Shown: piece by piece, positions 26,285-42,610 of the stretch
Numbering within the stretch: the stretch's first letter is position 1
Layout of the letters: every line of letters starts with the position of its first letter
From: Octopus vulgaris
Taxonomy: Eukaryota
DNA: 64,000 nt
Assembly (NCBI GenBank): GCA_951406725.2
Contig: OX597815.1
Coordinates: 19,778,001-19,842,000, forward strand
Direction of reading: 5' to 3'
The notes under the pieces: generated by a model
The model's input: the letters and a program-made list of their open reading frames with translations, nothing else
What the model was told of the DNA's origin: nothing
Databases searched by the model: none
Made by a program: the position numbers and the translations under genes

Positions 26285-26566
26285 CAAAATGGGACAAGAA
26301 CGCAAAACATTCAAATAGACGATACAAAAACCACGGATGGGTCATTCGAAGCCTCTAATCTTCAGTCAAGAACGGATCATCCTCGCAAATTTCGGCTGAT
26401 TAATCTTGAGATCGCTCCGATCCAGCCAGCCCCAAGGAAAATCTAAGCTACGAGCATTAGATTTCTTGGAAAAAGGATCGAATATATACGAAACAAGGAC
26501 AGATAAACGGACGATCTTACACGAATATAAATACAAAAAACAATAATAATAATAATAATGTATATA

Positions 26567-26621
<55 letters not shown>

Positions 26622-27279
26622 ATATATATATACATGTATGTATGCTTGTATATATGCACGTAGGCATGTAGACAGTCATACATCATTGGAGTGGAGAAAA
26701 ACAATAAAGCACGTCCCAGTTTGTTACAGAAAAGCTCTATCTCTGACCAACTGCAACAATAGGTACCAGATGTGGTACCAATATATTGGAAGACTCATTG
26801 GCAAGCGTTGAACAAACATGGAGTTGCAATTACTATTTTTTGATCTTCGTCGGGAAAAAAACCTGAGGCTTATTATTAATAACATTTCAACGGCGAGGAC
26901 TGTTGCTATTCTTTAAATTTTTTTTTTTTTTCAGAATTAATTATTAGCATATATCGGATTGGATTACATTTGTAATACATCTTTATTTTGTTAGACAGTA
27001 GTTGGAGTAACAATATAAGAGATGCTTTGACAACTCGTATTAATGCCATTATATGAGGGTTGTATAACAGGATTATGGAATACAGTACAATGGTGAGGTG
27101 CATTGTTACTGAAAGGCAAGGTTGTTCCCAATGTTACAGTTGAAGGTAGCAGCTATAACAAACTGATTAAGATATAATGCATTAACCTGTATTACATTAC
27201 GTTACTAGAAAGCGTCTCTTTCTTTCCCTATACACACACTCATGTATACACGCATGCATACATGCATACATACATACGT

Positions 27280-27660
27280 GGAGGCGCAATGGCCCAGTGG
27301 TTAGGGCAGCGGACTCGCGGTAATAGGATCGCGGTTTCGATTCCTAGACCGGGCGTTGTGAGTGTTTATTGAGCGAAAACACCTAAAGCTCCACGAGGCT
27401 CCGGCAGGGGGTGGTGGTGATCCCTGCTGTACTCTTTCACCACAACTTTCTCTCACTCTTACTTCCTGCTTCTGTTGTACCTGTATTTCAAAGGGCCGGC
27501 CTTGTCACTCTCTGTGTCACGCTGGATATCCCCGAGAACTACGTTAAGTGTACACGTGTCTGTGGAGTGCTCAGCCACTTACACGTTAATTTCACGAGCA
27601 GGCTGTTCCGTTGATCGGATCAACCGGAACCCTCATCGTCGTAACCGACGGAGTGCTTCC
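27280..27660 (+). mobile_element. tRNA-derived SINE family C, full length
   Basis: A box tggcccagtgg and B box ggtttcgattcc; inserted in (CATA)n; second copy at 10563. Confidence 0.92.
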
Positions 27661-28582
27661 ACATACATACACACATACACACATATGCACACACGCCCAT
27701 ACACCATATTATTGCTGGTCCATAACACTAACCAAATTTTTACGAATATATTTTGTAGAAAAATAAAATTCAGCGTGTTTCAGCATACACATACTGAAAG
27801 ATATTTTAAACTAGTTTTGCAGAGATAAAATGTCTGATTCTGTGCATGTAAATTCAATATTGCGGCAGGATACTGAAGTAAAGTATGAAACCATAAATTT
27901 ATCATATATGAACTATTTTATGAGATTACCGTATCTCAGCTTTAACTTCTTCTTATAAATCAACTGTACAGTGTAAATGTTTTGGGCAACAGAATTGCCA
28001 TACAGGATGTAAAATTCGTACATATGGTTATGTAAGGAATTTCTGCTATTGTGAGGCATTTTCGTTATAATTATCTTGTTATCCACTCGTTGTTATTAGC
28101 TGACAGACGGATAAAGTTTGTTGACGTTCCATTCACTTTTCCAGAAAGATATTTATGTTCAGATAATTAAAAAAATGTTTCTTAAAGGTAACACAGTCAT
28201 TGAATAATGTAACTCATATATCGAGTGAGGTTTATGTATATTGGAGAAGATGGTATAATGTGATGATGTCACTTTCTCACATAATTGTTGACGAGATACA
28301 AGCAATTTTTCTCAAGATTTTGCAAACACACTATGTTGGTTTGGCTCGATTTCAATATCGTACTATTGACAACTGTTATGCCTAGCGGACTTATGCGCAT
28401 CCGGTTCTCTAACCAACTACACTTGGTCGCCCAAACGTCATATGGCCGCATTAGATGCAAAGCTATATTTTGATATATGTAAAAATATTTAAAAAAACGC
28501 CTCTTAAATTTGACTTACAGCTGTTTCGAGTAATCATTAAGGGTTCGTTATTGATAGGTTTACTCAATCGGTTTATTGACCA

Positions 28583-28618
<36 letters not shown>

Positions 28619-28644
28619 TATACATACATACATATATACATATT

Positions 28645-28695
<51 letters not shown>

Positions 28696-29846
28696 ATGCA
28701 TCACACAAACAAGGACAGAAACGCTGGGGCACATAAGGATACACATCTTAGAAAAACAGAATGGAGTAAGTGGAGCAAAAGCACACACGAAAACGAAAAG
28801 TGTTGCTGAGGAGTTGTGACGAAAAAGTGTTGTGACGAAAGATTTCCGGACAATGGAAATGAGTTAAAATAAAAAAAATAAGAACAGTAGTAAACGAGTG
28901 AAGAACAAATATATAGTGCGTGAGAAAAAAATGACCATCCCGAAATACAATATATATATATGTATAGATAGATAGACAGATAGGCAAGATGGTTTTAAGG
29001 AATAAAATGTTTTCCTGTAACTTAATAGAAATCATTAAAACGGGATCTAATGGAATGAATTTTGGTAAAGGACTAGTTTTCGGCCTTATCGAATCTCATC
29101 AGCAGAACGTCGTTTATTGAAACTTTTTCCCAATTGACAGTAGGATTTGCAAGTAAGATTTTGTTAGAAAGGATTTTTTTTTGTCAATAGTAATTTGCAT
29201 AATTTTGAAATAAAGTGACAAAGGGAAATAACTCAAGTGGACCAGTGGCAAGAATTTAGATCAATAATTACTGAATGATGTAAGTAAAAAAACTGTAATT
29301 TAATTGAAATTCCATTCTCAGTTGGATAGAAAAAAAATTAAATACGTAATAGTCGTTGTTACTAATGCCCAAACGAAGGGGAGATAATTTCAAGAAATTT
29401 AATTTCATAAAATTAATTTACATATTTAGGAGAAAACCTCATCTTTGTTACAAAGTAAGATGATGGCTATGAAAATGCTTCACTTTTATTGAACTGCTCA
29501 ACATAGAGTAGCCCGCTCAAGCCTGCTTTGATCATTTGTCAAAGGTTTTTTTCCCCCCTTTTTTATTTATTTATTTATTCCTTTCTCTTCTCATTCGGCC
29601 ATTGCTACGTCTGCTTCATTTATTTTTCGGTCTGAAAAACGTATGAATTTTTTATCTTCATTTCTATTTTGGTCGCGGTTTTAAATAATAAAAAATCTAT
29701 AGATATAGACACGCACTGACAGCCTAAATATTCGATGTGCGTGTGTATATGTGTGTCTGTGTGTGTGTTTGTGAGTGGGTGGGTGTGCGTGAGTGCGTAT
29801 GAGTGAGTGTGAGTGTGTGCACGCGTCTGTGTGTATGTATATATAT

Positions 29847-29926
<80 letters not shown>

Positions 29927-29970
29927 CACTTATATATTTTTCACACATATTATATGCACATATATATATG

Positions 29971-30035
<65 letters not shown>

Positions 30036-31399
30036 GTGTGTGTGTGTATGTGTGTGTTTCTATCTTTTCTGTCTATTTATGTGTACGTGAACGTATGTGT
30101 AGATCTACGATGCTGTTAAATTAAGACAGCTATGGGGAGTTGGGCTATTCAAATATATATTGATTTTCTGCTTAATTAGTTTGTATTTTAAATAAGAACT
30201 GGGCTGTAAGTATAGTCTCAGTAGTTACTAATATAACAGTTGTCAATTTGACCACAAATGGTAAAATAAAAGACAAAAATATGTCAAAAGCCTGACAAAA
30301 TATAGACTAATGAAAAATTTTCATTTTATGACATAATTAAAGGGAAAACAATGACATTTATATATAAATTGATTTTTAAAATTATATTTTGGAAGGCAGT
30401 GCACCAAGCAATGAGGAGAGCATATGCATGAGACTGGTGTGTAGTAGTTAATGGTAGGCTTACATAAATGGGAAAGGAATTTAATGAGGAAACCGAAGCT
30501 AGGTCGTTAACTTTGCAGCAAAATGTTTTAATAATGTAGATCAGGAGGCCCCCAAAATTCACACAGTGGATCATTTTGGTACCGATCTGCAAAGAAGGAA
30601 TACATTTTAAAATCTTATTTCTGTTTTCTTGACAATAGCTGTCTACGTTGTGTTTTTTCATTATAAATAATATTATATACTATAAGCCATTTTGTGTGTG
30701 TTTTGTTGTGTCCGTGATCTCCCGGGTCATAGGAAAATTGGCTTGCATGAAACTGGCCTGCAATGCAAAACAGACTGGGGTCCTATGATCTAGACTACAA
30801 TGAAATTCTAAAATTAGTAAAATTTCAGAAATGAGATATGACTAAATGTTTCGTTCCGTCTCTTTGTGGCCTTTCATGATTTCAGAATCCCACTGGAATC
30901 AATTCTACGTTGCAATGTAATTATCAGTAGTGTATCTGTGCCATCTCAGTCCATTGTTCCATTGTGACGAGCCAATAAGGGATCCCACGCATTGCAGCCT
31001 TCATCATGCAATAACAATTTCACTGGACAATAAATTATTTTACATGTCTGCTCTTATAGGTATGCTACGCATTATACAATTGTATACTTACAAATCTGTG
31101 CTCATAAATAAAGCTGGTTCATCAGATCACAAGAACATCAAGGTTACACCAATGCTTCCACTCCAGAAATTTTATATACTATAACATATATATATATACT
31201 CACACACGCATAAAATCGGAGTGAAGATGAATCCGATAAGAACAGTAATAAACTAACATACTTAATACCGTAAAGAAAACGAATATTTCTATAATGAGAG
31301 GTAACTTTTATAGAAAAATTTTTTTTTACATTTACGCTCTCTTTAACAATTTATTCACGGTTGTAACAGAACTAAACCTGTAAGAGTCACTAATCATAT

Positions 31400-31562
<163 letters not shown>

Positions 31563-31929
31563 TTCGAGTAAGTGAAAACAAACCAAAGGAAGAAGCACTC
31601 AACACATCTGTTTGGAGTTTTCAAGAACTCAACACCACACTGCCTATAGTTTCATGAATGTGAAAGAGTTGTCATTGTCTCCAAGCGGTTTAAATGCACA
31701 AGTGTACAATGTTCAAGTGGCTAAAATGTGTCAGCAAAAGGGCACCCAGCAGACATGACCTGGATGCAGTCCCGCCCCCCCTTGAATGTAAGAAGTTAAG
31801 GGCCAAAACATTTGTCTGAGATGGGGTGTCTTCTCTGAATGCCTTCTGCTGTTCAGCTCTCTTGAGAATTTCTAACCACTATTTTAGTACACTTTACTGC
31901 TCTGCCATTCTGATATACATACACATATA

Positions 31930-32022
<93 letters not shown>

Positions 32023-32810
32023 GGAGGAAGAGAAAAGGAGAGAGAGATAGAGGAAAGGAGATTTATTAAGGCAAATAAAATAAATAGTGCAGGCTGAGAT
32101 AAACAATGACTAAACCGACGGAATGGTCACGGGACGGGATCGATGAGAGCTAACTGGAATGAGGCTAAGCAACACCAACACCAACAACAACAACAATAAC
32201 TCTAGTGCTCCATTATAAATTCGCGGTAATGTGCCAATATACGAAATCATTCTCATGAGTTTCTATACCATTACTATGATATCAAGCCTTGATAACATCA
32301 ATACATGATGATACTATGTTTTCAGTGATGCTATAAATAGATATTCAACTGGAAACCACAGTTGAACTTATAACCTATCATGAAACAAATGTATCTCACC
32401 AATTTATATGTTTTCCCTTTTTTTATTTTTTTTATTTTTTCTTAAATCGACTCTGGTAGTGAATGCAAAATTAGAGATATTCCTGTTTATAGACACACAC
32501 ACACACACACACATACGTACATACACACACACACACATACATACACACAAACACACACACACATACAGCAGATACTAAGCATGCATGCTCATACATATAC
32601 ATATATATACACATATATATACATAAATGTAGTTGTGTTTGTGGTGTATGTATAATGTGTGTGCGGATGTGTAGGCAAATCATTAGAATCAACATATCAA
32701 TTAAATAAACTGGAATATAAGTAGTTCATACAAATTTAAACACTCGCACACGCGAACATTCGCACATACATAAACTCACACATGCTTATAATATATGTTA
32801 TAATATATGC

Positions 32811-33011
<201 letters not shown>

Positions 33012-33772
33012 TAATATATTATATATACATGCATATACATGCATATAGTGTGTGTTTGTGTGTGTGTTTTGTGTGTGTGTGTGTGAAGAATTTGCAAAAG
33101 CAAAATTAAAAAACAGAAAAAGAAACATGGGGAGGAAGGGCATAAAGACAAGTAGAAAGACAGGTCTGGTGCAGATAGGGAAAATGGTGAGGTAGAAAAA
33201 GGTGGAAGAGAAAGGGGTGAGAGGAGAGGAGGGAGAAGGAGGAAGAGGAAGAGAATTGGAGGAGAGGAGGAGGAGGAGGAGGAGGAAAGAACAACGTAAG
33301 GATCTATTGCAGAAGTAAAGAGCTAAATTGATATCAGGATTTAGTGAGGAAGTAGGAGAATCGATAAGACTGTATAGATTACGAAAGGTTGTGGTTTGGG
33401 TGGCCAGAAAGGAGAGAAACGATTAAGCGAGAGAAAGTGAGTGAACGAGAGAGAGAAAGAGAGGGAGAGAGAACGAAAGTGAAGAAGAAGAAAACGAAAA
33501 AGAAGAAAAGGAAGTATGTATGTATGTACGCATGCATGTATGTATGTATGTATGTATTATGTATGCAAGCACATTTCTGACGCCGCCATGAGATCGAATG
33601 GAAGAACGAACTCTCATACAGGGAAGAGTACACAGCTCAGCAGATATGTTGGTAAATTGATTAATAAAACACGTCGGCACCAACGATAGAAGAGTATCTG
33701 GGCGGAAGAGAAACCATAACGAAAAAAACGGGAGAAGTAGTGAGACAAGATAAGAGACACGGCGAGAGAGAG

Positions 33773-33808
<36 letters not shown>

Positions 33809-33992
33809 GGAGGGGAGAGAATGCTTTAGTGTACTGGGACGAGAACTTTACTCAAAAGAATGAGCTGCCTATACCGATGTTCAAGCTTTGCTATTTGCTC
33901 TCCGTCTGTCCCATCTCTATTCAAGCCTCTCTACCTACCTATCTATCTGCCTACCTAACCATCTATGTATCTACCTTGCAACCAACCTAACC

Positions 33993-34024
<32 letters not shown>

Positions 34025-34991
34025 GTCTATCTATCTCTACCTACCTATCTATCTGCCTACCTAACCATCTATGTATCTACCTTATCTATCTATCTATCTA
34101 TCTATCTCTCTATCTATCTATCTATCTATCTGTCTGTCGGTCTATCTATCTATCTATCTGTCTGTCGGGCTGTCAGTCTATTTGTCTGTCTATCAATATT
34201 TATATTTCACCCTATCTCAATTCTTTTTTCGTGTGAGGATAATTTTTCTCACATTTACTCTCTTGCTCTTCCAACCACGTCGCACCTACTTCCATCTCCT
34301 GGCTTTTTCCTTGCTTCCTTACTCTTCTTTCTCTCCTTCTTCTTCTCTTCCATCTACCCCTCCATCTTACTCTCCCGTTTCTCTCCTTTTCTTCTCCCAT
34401 TAAACTATTGTTATTGCTTTCTTGATCGTTTCAAATACATACACACTATCACACATTCATTTATAAAAAGTTATCCGCTTACATACAGTAACCCGAATGC
34501 GCAGATATATTTACAACATGTATTAGAGTAACTCTCTCTCTCTGCCCCCACTCACTCATATTTTAACACTCTCTTTATCTCTCCATGAATTTATCTCTCG
34601 CACTCATTCTCTCACTCTCAAAGATTTTAACTTTCTAACTTACTCTCTCTGCTTCCCTCATTTTCTCTCTCTCTTTCAATTTCTCCACATACGTACAAGA
34701 ATACAGAGCGAAAGAAGGGGAGATATGAAATGCAGATATATAAATATGTGTCTAAATATACATGAATATACAAATTACAAAGGAAAACACGTGGTTGTGA
34801 GAGCTGTAGGGGAGGGATTCAGACAAGGCAGTTATGAAGGCAGCAAGTTAGTTGGGGTGACGATCAGAATAAGCCAAAAGCGATGCAGAGTCATGACTGC
34901 GATCCATGCAGCGGAGCGGCAGACGATGGCCGCGATGCCAGGGTGAAGACTACGGCAAAAAGAACCAAATAGCCATACACTGACCAGTGAA

Positions 34992-35122
34992 ATGGCTACA
35001 CATTTTCTGGAACATACCCTGGCCAGAAGTATAGAGCATGCAAACGTGAATTCGAAGAGAACTGGTGGGAAGAATGGTTACCTTTATCGTCGCAGGCCTG
35101 CAGGAAAAGGGAGAGGCGGATT
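34992..35122 (+). CDS. candidate alternative first coding exon (MATHFLEHTLARSIEHANVNSKRTGGKNGYLYRRRPAGKGRGG, phase 2)
   Basis: gaaATGg start context, 43 open codons ending at a canonical tt|gtaagt donor, in a GC/CpG-richer unique island. Confidence 0.35.
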
Positions 35123-36000
35123 GTAAGTAACGATGAAGTAAGACATATGTTTAAATTGCACTCAGATATAAAAAAAAATAATATATAGCTTTCACATAAA
35201 CATTTTACTTGTATAAACATCACTGTAGGGAATATGCTTGTAGACACGTAAAGACATACTTACACACACGTATAGACATCTACCACATACACACACATAC
35301 GTACATACATGCATTTACCCCTCTCAAACGCCTCATGATCATAGAACAACTCAATTAAGACCGACCTGGGGCAAGACAGCAACTACTCTGATATTATACA
35401 TGTTCCTACATTTGTAAAGACTTAATTATTCTTAGGAATATTGGCTCACCAGTCAGTATATAGGAAGAGATATACACATGGTGTGTGTATATGTATATAC
35501 ATAAACACCCACACACACATACAAACACAAACACACACACAAATATTTGTTTATAATAATGTATCTTTTTTCCTCCTATTTTTTATATTCTTGCATGTGT
35601 ATTTCTCTCTGTATGCACACATACATATATATGTATGTGCGTGTGTGTGTATATATGTACTGACGGACATACACACACACACATACACACACACTTTGTA
35701 TATTACTTTTATTTATAGACCCAGAAGAATTTTTCAAAAGAAACCTCAGTCTATATATTATTAAAACAGACAACGGGAGAGAAAATTATAAAGAACATAA
35801 GGAAACAAAAAGAAAACGATTGACTGTTATTGAAAAATTTCTTCACACAACCATGTGTTTGTATATTTTCACCACTAATGACATATGTAATACACAATAA
35901 CAAACACCACACAATGAACACTGCATCGGCTATTGTTACTCTTCCTTTAACTACTGTAGCAGAATTTTGACAATTATTACTGGTTGTACGAACTTGCTTA

Positions 36001-36036
<36 letters not shown>

Positions 36037-36294
36037 CTGTTGCTTGTTGCCGTTGAGTTCATTGCTGTGTGTTGGACGTTGGACTCTTTCCAAATTTATG
36101 GTACTTTGTAAATATGTGTGTATGTTTGTGTTTCTGAGTGCTTGTGTGCCAATGTGTATGAGTGTGTATATATTTATATACGCGTGTAATTATAAACGTA
36201 TATACGTAAAAACAAAGATTTTTAAAAATTGCAATTCCCATACACATACACACACCCCCATATATATATATAGACATATGCATACACATACATG

Positions 36295-36341
<47 letters not shown>

Positions 36342-36342
36342 G

Positions 36343-36382
<40 letters not shown>

Positions 36383-36433
36383 ATATATATATATATATAT
36401 ATAGGGAGAGTTTACGAAAATAACAAGAGACAT

Positions 36434-36467
<34 letters not shown>

Positions 36468-36933
36468 TTATGTATGTATGTATAAATATATGTATATATA
36501 TGTGTGTGTATATATATACATATATACGTGCATGTATGGATATATGTGCGTTTGTATTCGTATGGTGGGGAGTGTAGGCACACACACTCCATTTTAGTAC
36601 CTCTACAAATAGCTAAACAGCTCTCTCAAATCACACCCTAATTCCTGATATAAATCAAAGATGTTACATTTGAAAAATGCAGTTATAAATACTTCAAAAA
36701 GACAGGCTGGTCACTTATGGAGAGTTCTATTTTTTTTTTTTTTATTATTTTAGTTTTACCCTTGATGTGTGTTGCTATGCTCTTAATAACAAGAAACATA
36801 TTTGTGTGAATGCATAACCGTGTGTTTATGTTTATACATACATGTATCATAATTTTATGCATATATATATACATATACATATATCATATATATATTTATA
36901 GATACATATATATGTAGATGTATATATATATTG

Positions 36934-36964
<31 letters not shown>

Positions 36965-37063
36965 ATATATTTATATATATATAACGTCTATAGTGCCTGG
37001 GCTAAATGCATCAGTAACACCCACCACCCCGCCCTGTCCCTAGCCACATTCAGATGGCTGATC

Positions 37064-37189
<126 letters not shown>

Positions 37190-37689
37190 TGCTGATGTGG
37201 ACACTTGTGTTTTGGATAATTAGCACTTTAAGACTGTCACTTCGTCCGGAAAGTCTGTGCTTGTTCACTGATTTAAAATTTTACTTCATACAGCCACGAC
37301 TACAGTCACTTTGTGACCACTCGACCGCGTAGAAATAGCAGTAAAATCTTGTAATCGTAAACTATCGCCTTAAAAATGGAAGAACACATTGAATAATTAA
37401 ATCCTAGATATACTGCTACTTAATTTAACGATATTGTCCTATGGGCCTCTCAGTACATATCTGAGCCGGGAATAAACAACATGAATAACACAAAATACCA
37501 TTATTTCATACCTTGTGCACTTGTTGCTAATGTTCTGCTATACAGTTGCTGCTGTTGTCCCATACGGTTACAGCCGTCCGGACATTGTCAAATGTTGCTG
37601 ACTGTTGTATTTAACGTTTAGCAGCACATCGAGGGAAATAATGAACGTGACAACGACTGCTTTTATTTTCCACGTGCAAATGATGGTAC

Positions 37690-37870
37690 CTCTATGCGGT
37701 CGCTCGACTAGGGAGAAAGACGTGCCAAAATCATAGCCTACCGTACTGTTTTAAAAGAGAAAATGATATAGGCCCATGAGGTGCTCTAGGACCACGCCCG
37801 GGAAGAATATGGGAAGGCCACAGTTGGGAAATCTTTTATCCAAAGGTGTTTAACTAGGGGCTAAACATCA
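37690..37870 (+). mobile_element. repeat family E degenerate copy
   Basis: tatgcggtcgctcgactag...ggggctaaacatcaataac. Confidence 0.55.
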
Positions 37871-38068
37871 ATAACTCTTCATTATCAATATAACGTATTA
37901 TTTTACCTCAAGCTTTTTTATAGACATTTGCTCAGGCCTAAGTTTATAAGTAATGCAGCGCAACTTATATAAGATACAGACAGACAAATATACAAAACCA
38001 TACATACATACATACATACATACATACATGCATACATACATACATGCATACATACATACATACATACA

Positions 38069-38100
<32 letters not shown>

Positions 38101-38310
38101 CATTTCTGTATATTTCAGTTGTTTATCCCAGACCAGTCCCGGTTGAGTAACCCCAAAAGCGGTCCAACCGAACCCATCCCGTCATTATAAACACAACGAA
38201 CAGGAATGTATGTATATATATGTAAGTAGTTGTGTGTGTATATATCTGAACATTTGTATATATATGCATAGATATAAACTGACGCACAAACATGTATATG
38301 TGTGTGCATG

Positions 38311-38417
<107 letters not shown>

Positions 38418-38819
38418 TATATATATATGTATATAGGGAGAGAAAGAGGTGGAATTAAAAAGAAAGAGGGAAAAGGGGAAGAGAGAATAAAAGAACAAAG
38501 AGTGAGTAAGAGTAGAGGAGTAGAGAAAGATGCAGCGACCACTTCCCTGTGAAATTTTATCGTTCCTGTTCCTTAGTTTGCTATATCCAAAACAGTACAG
38601 TAGTGGTCACAGAGTTTTGCATTAATCCATATAGGATATTTTCGTACCATTATCAAAGCGTAGTGTATAGTGGATTCACCCACAATGCATCAGGAAAGTT
38701 GGCTCTCAACAATAATTATTTGTTTATAGGGTCATTAATCTGTTGAATACACTAAGCTAAAGCTGTATAATTGTTTCTTTATATACAATTTATATGTTTA
38801 TAAATGAATAAATGTATGT

Positions 38820-38877
<58 letters not shown>

Positions 38878-38883
38878 ACATAC

Positions 38884-38946
<63 letters not shown>

Positions 38947-39025
38947 TATGTATATATGTATGTATATATATACTTTCTACACGTACAGTATTTATTCCTG
39001 CATATAAATGGTTAAAAATACAATA

Positions 39026-39103
<78 letters not shown>

Positions 39104-39158
39104 CTTAGAAAGTTAGACCGTTGTGCCTAACATAATATGTATTGTCTGTATGAATCTG

Positions 39159-39248
<90 letters not shown>

Positions 39249-39254
39249 CATGGT

Positions 39255-39288
<34 letters not shown>

Positions 39289-39385
39289 TATATACCATAT
39301 GTTACCCACATAACCCAATGTCTTTACTTTTTTTAAAGTCATATTTTAAAATTTTGGTGAGACTAATTACTATTTCAATCGGGCC

Positions 39386-39416
<31 letters not shown>

Positions 39417-39873
39417 GCCATGTAGAACACAGTGCTGTCCTTGTTTTCGTCACAGTAGCTGCTGCTGTTGATGGTGATGTCGCTGTTGTGGTCGATGCAT
39501 GGTCATTTGGAGATGAGGAGAGGAAGGCGGGTCTGCACATGTGATTGTGTATTGGTTTGAATGAGTATAGCTATGTATTTGTGTGTGGGTCTATGTATTT
39601 GTGTTTATTTGTGTGTTTGTTATATATATATATATATATATATGAAGGTTGTTGGTCGTGTTATATCATTTAGTATCACTTTGTATCGTGTTTGGCCCAG
39701 TTGATATCATCCAACATTGAAAAGGAGCGAGATAAACGAAATGGAATAATGTCACGTGATTTTTTAAGCTGACTGACAACGACTACTGAGTGCCACTAGT
39801 TACCAAAATTTCGTCTTTCACTCACGAAGATGTGATACGTGTGTATATAAACATATAAATAGATATATGGATG

Positions 39874-39915
<42 letters not shown>

Positions 39916-40101
39916 CATACAGACAAACAGACAGCCAGATGGACTGATAGATATTTACATACATATGTATATAAATATATGCATACATATACATATGTAC
40001 GTATATAATATACACACACAGACAGATATGTATATGCATGTTCGTGTATATATATATATAAATATGCTCACACACAAATACATACAGATATGTATTTATG
40101 T

Positions 40102-40196
<95 letters not shown>

Positions 40197-40510
40197 GAGA
40201 GATAAATAGATGGATGGGCAGAAGGATAGATAGGTATGCACGCCACCCTTATATATCTACTTATATATATATATATATATCACATGAATACATAACATAT
40301 ATATATAACATAAAAGTAATATAAATATATGCATAATTTCATACAAACGTATGTATGTGTGTGTATTTATATACCTTTTTGTATATATGTATGTTTGTAT
40401 ACAAGACGTTTATGTTTACAAACGAAAGAATAAACCACTCGGTACATTATGAAAGCTCTGACTGATCACATGTGTGCGTCTGTGCGAGAGACTGTATCAC
40501 TAGACAAATG

Positions 40511-40640
<130 letters not shown>

Positions 40641-40682
40641 CAGGCAGAAAGAGAGGAGACCAGAGAGAAGAGAGAGAGAGAC

Positions 40683-40726
<44 letters not shown>

Positions 40727-41200
40727 TCATACACACACGCAGACTCATACAGAAACTTATAGACACATGAATACGTACTAGATATAACGTGTATGTATGT
40801 GTGTGGTTATCAAATTAATATAATCTCATTATATAACCTTCAAATATTGGTTGAAGTATAATTACAATCAAATTTCCCAAATGCTAGAGATATTCTCCCT
40901 TAAGTATACTGGAAAGATAACTAAGCAAGCGTGAGTAAGATTTTCTATTAAAAGAGGCCGGATTAGTCTTGCAGGTCATGGGATTGTAGTTTACTTGTGG
41001 GATATCGGACTTTGTCGTTGCGGAAAGAAAATCATATTAAAGTGTTGTGTCTGATACAAAAATTACATTTATTCTATAACACACGATCACTCGTCCAGTG
41101 TTGGTAGGTGTCTGTAGTAGGTATTGTGTTCAGATTTTATAGTATTATACATCTATGCATACACACGTTAGACACCAATAAGATACACTCACTGTCAGAA

Positions 41201-41231
<31 letters not shown>

Positions 41232-41547
41232 TAATGTGTATATAGATAGATAGATACATTCATTCATACGTACTTACATATTCATACATACGCATGCATA
41301 CACATGTTCATACATATATGTAAATATATATATATATATACATATATACAAGTTATATATATATGTATATATGTATGTAAGTATTGTTGTATGCAAGTGT
41401 GTGTGTGTGTGTGTGTATGTGTGTGTGTGTTGTGTGTGTCTATGTTTAGTTCAGTACATTTGTGTGTATACGTGTGTGGAGGTGCGATTGTCTACGGATA
41501 TTATTAGTAACTATTTAGCAATGTAAAAATAAATATTCGAAATATCT

Positions 41548-41577
41548 AATGATGATGATGGTCATGATGATGCTGAC

Positions 41578-41661
<84 letters not shown>

Positions 41662-41675
41662 AATAATAATAACGA
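41548..41675. repeat. (GAT)n/(AAT)n microsatellite
   Basis: Directly visible. Confidence 0.96.
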
Positions 41676-42610
41676 TAAAGGCAGCACAAATATAGAATAT
41701 GAATACGTTGGTTAAATATTGGATGATGTATATACACATATATACATGGACACAAACACACAGATATATATATATATATATATTTAGATAGACAGACAGA
41801 CAGACATATGCACATATACATACATATGTGGTGTGTGTGTGTGTGTGAGTGAGCGTGCGTGTTTGTGTGTGTAAGATACAATATAAACATGAAGCCAGTA
41901 ATAAATACACTTAAATATAAACATAATTCAACCACTTGTGCATATACATACATACCTCACACTCATGCGTACAAATGCACACACTTGTACACGCACATAT
42001 ACATACACACAAACACATACACACAGATCCGATTTCTCTAGTTTAATATTAACCGGTGTAACACAAAAAAAATATCATCAAATAACAGTAACTGATTATG
42101 ATGGAGGTGTTAGGCTGTTGGTTGTGATGGCGTTGGTGGTAGTGGCCTTGGTCTTGGTCTTGGTCTTGCCGAGATGAAGGTGGTGTGAGCGAATAGGCAG
42201 TGTAGTAGGACACTGCACTGACCACATTAGCACACAACCAGACACGGCAATGAGACGGCCTGTATGTAGTTGCTCAACATGCTAAAAATAGCAGGTAAAT
42301 CTCCTTCAGAATCTCACCCCCTTCATCTTTTGTTTGTGATAACATTTTCATACAATCGCAGATGCACCGTTTGAATAAGGCAAGGCGGTCGTACTAAGAA
42401 AGAATATCTTTGATGATAAATAAGTACGTATAATCTGGAATGACCTGAGACTATACAGCAACAAGAACCACAACCACCACCACCACCACCACCACCACAG
42501 TAGCAACACACCAATACACTTAATATCAGACTAGACTAGAAAGTAGAACCGCCAAAAAAGAATTCGATTAATCAGCACTCTGCATCAGAATCAACATTAT
42601 TTCGGTGCTG

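Noticed and set aside
27043-27092. ATG-to-donor segment MPLYEGCITGLWNTVQ|gtgagg
   Set aside because: Short, with no phase-compatible partner exon; not distinguishable from chance
27280-27355. tRNA gene (A and B boxes); likewise at 48010-48080 and the other SINE heads
   Set aside because: No complete cloverleaf; each continues directly into a multicopy SINE body
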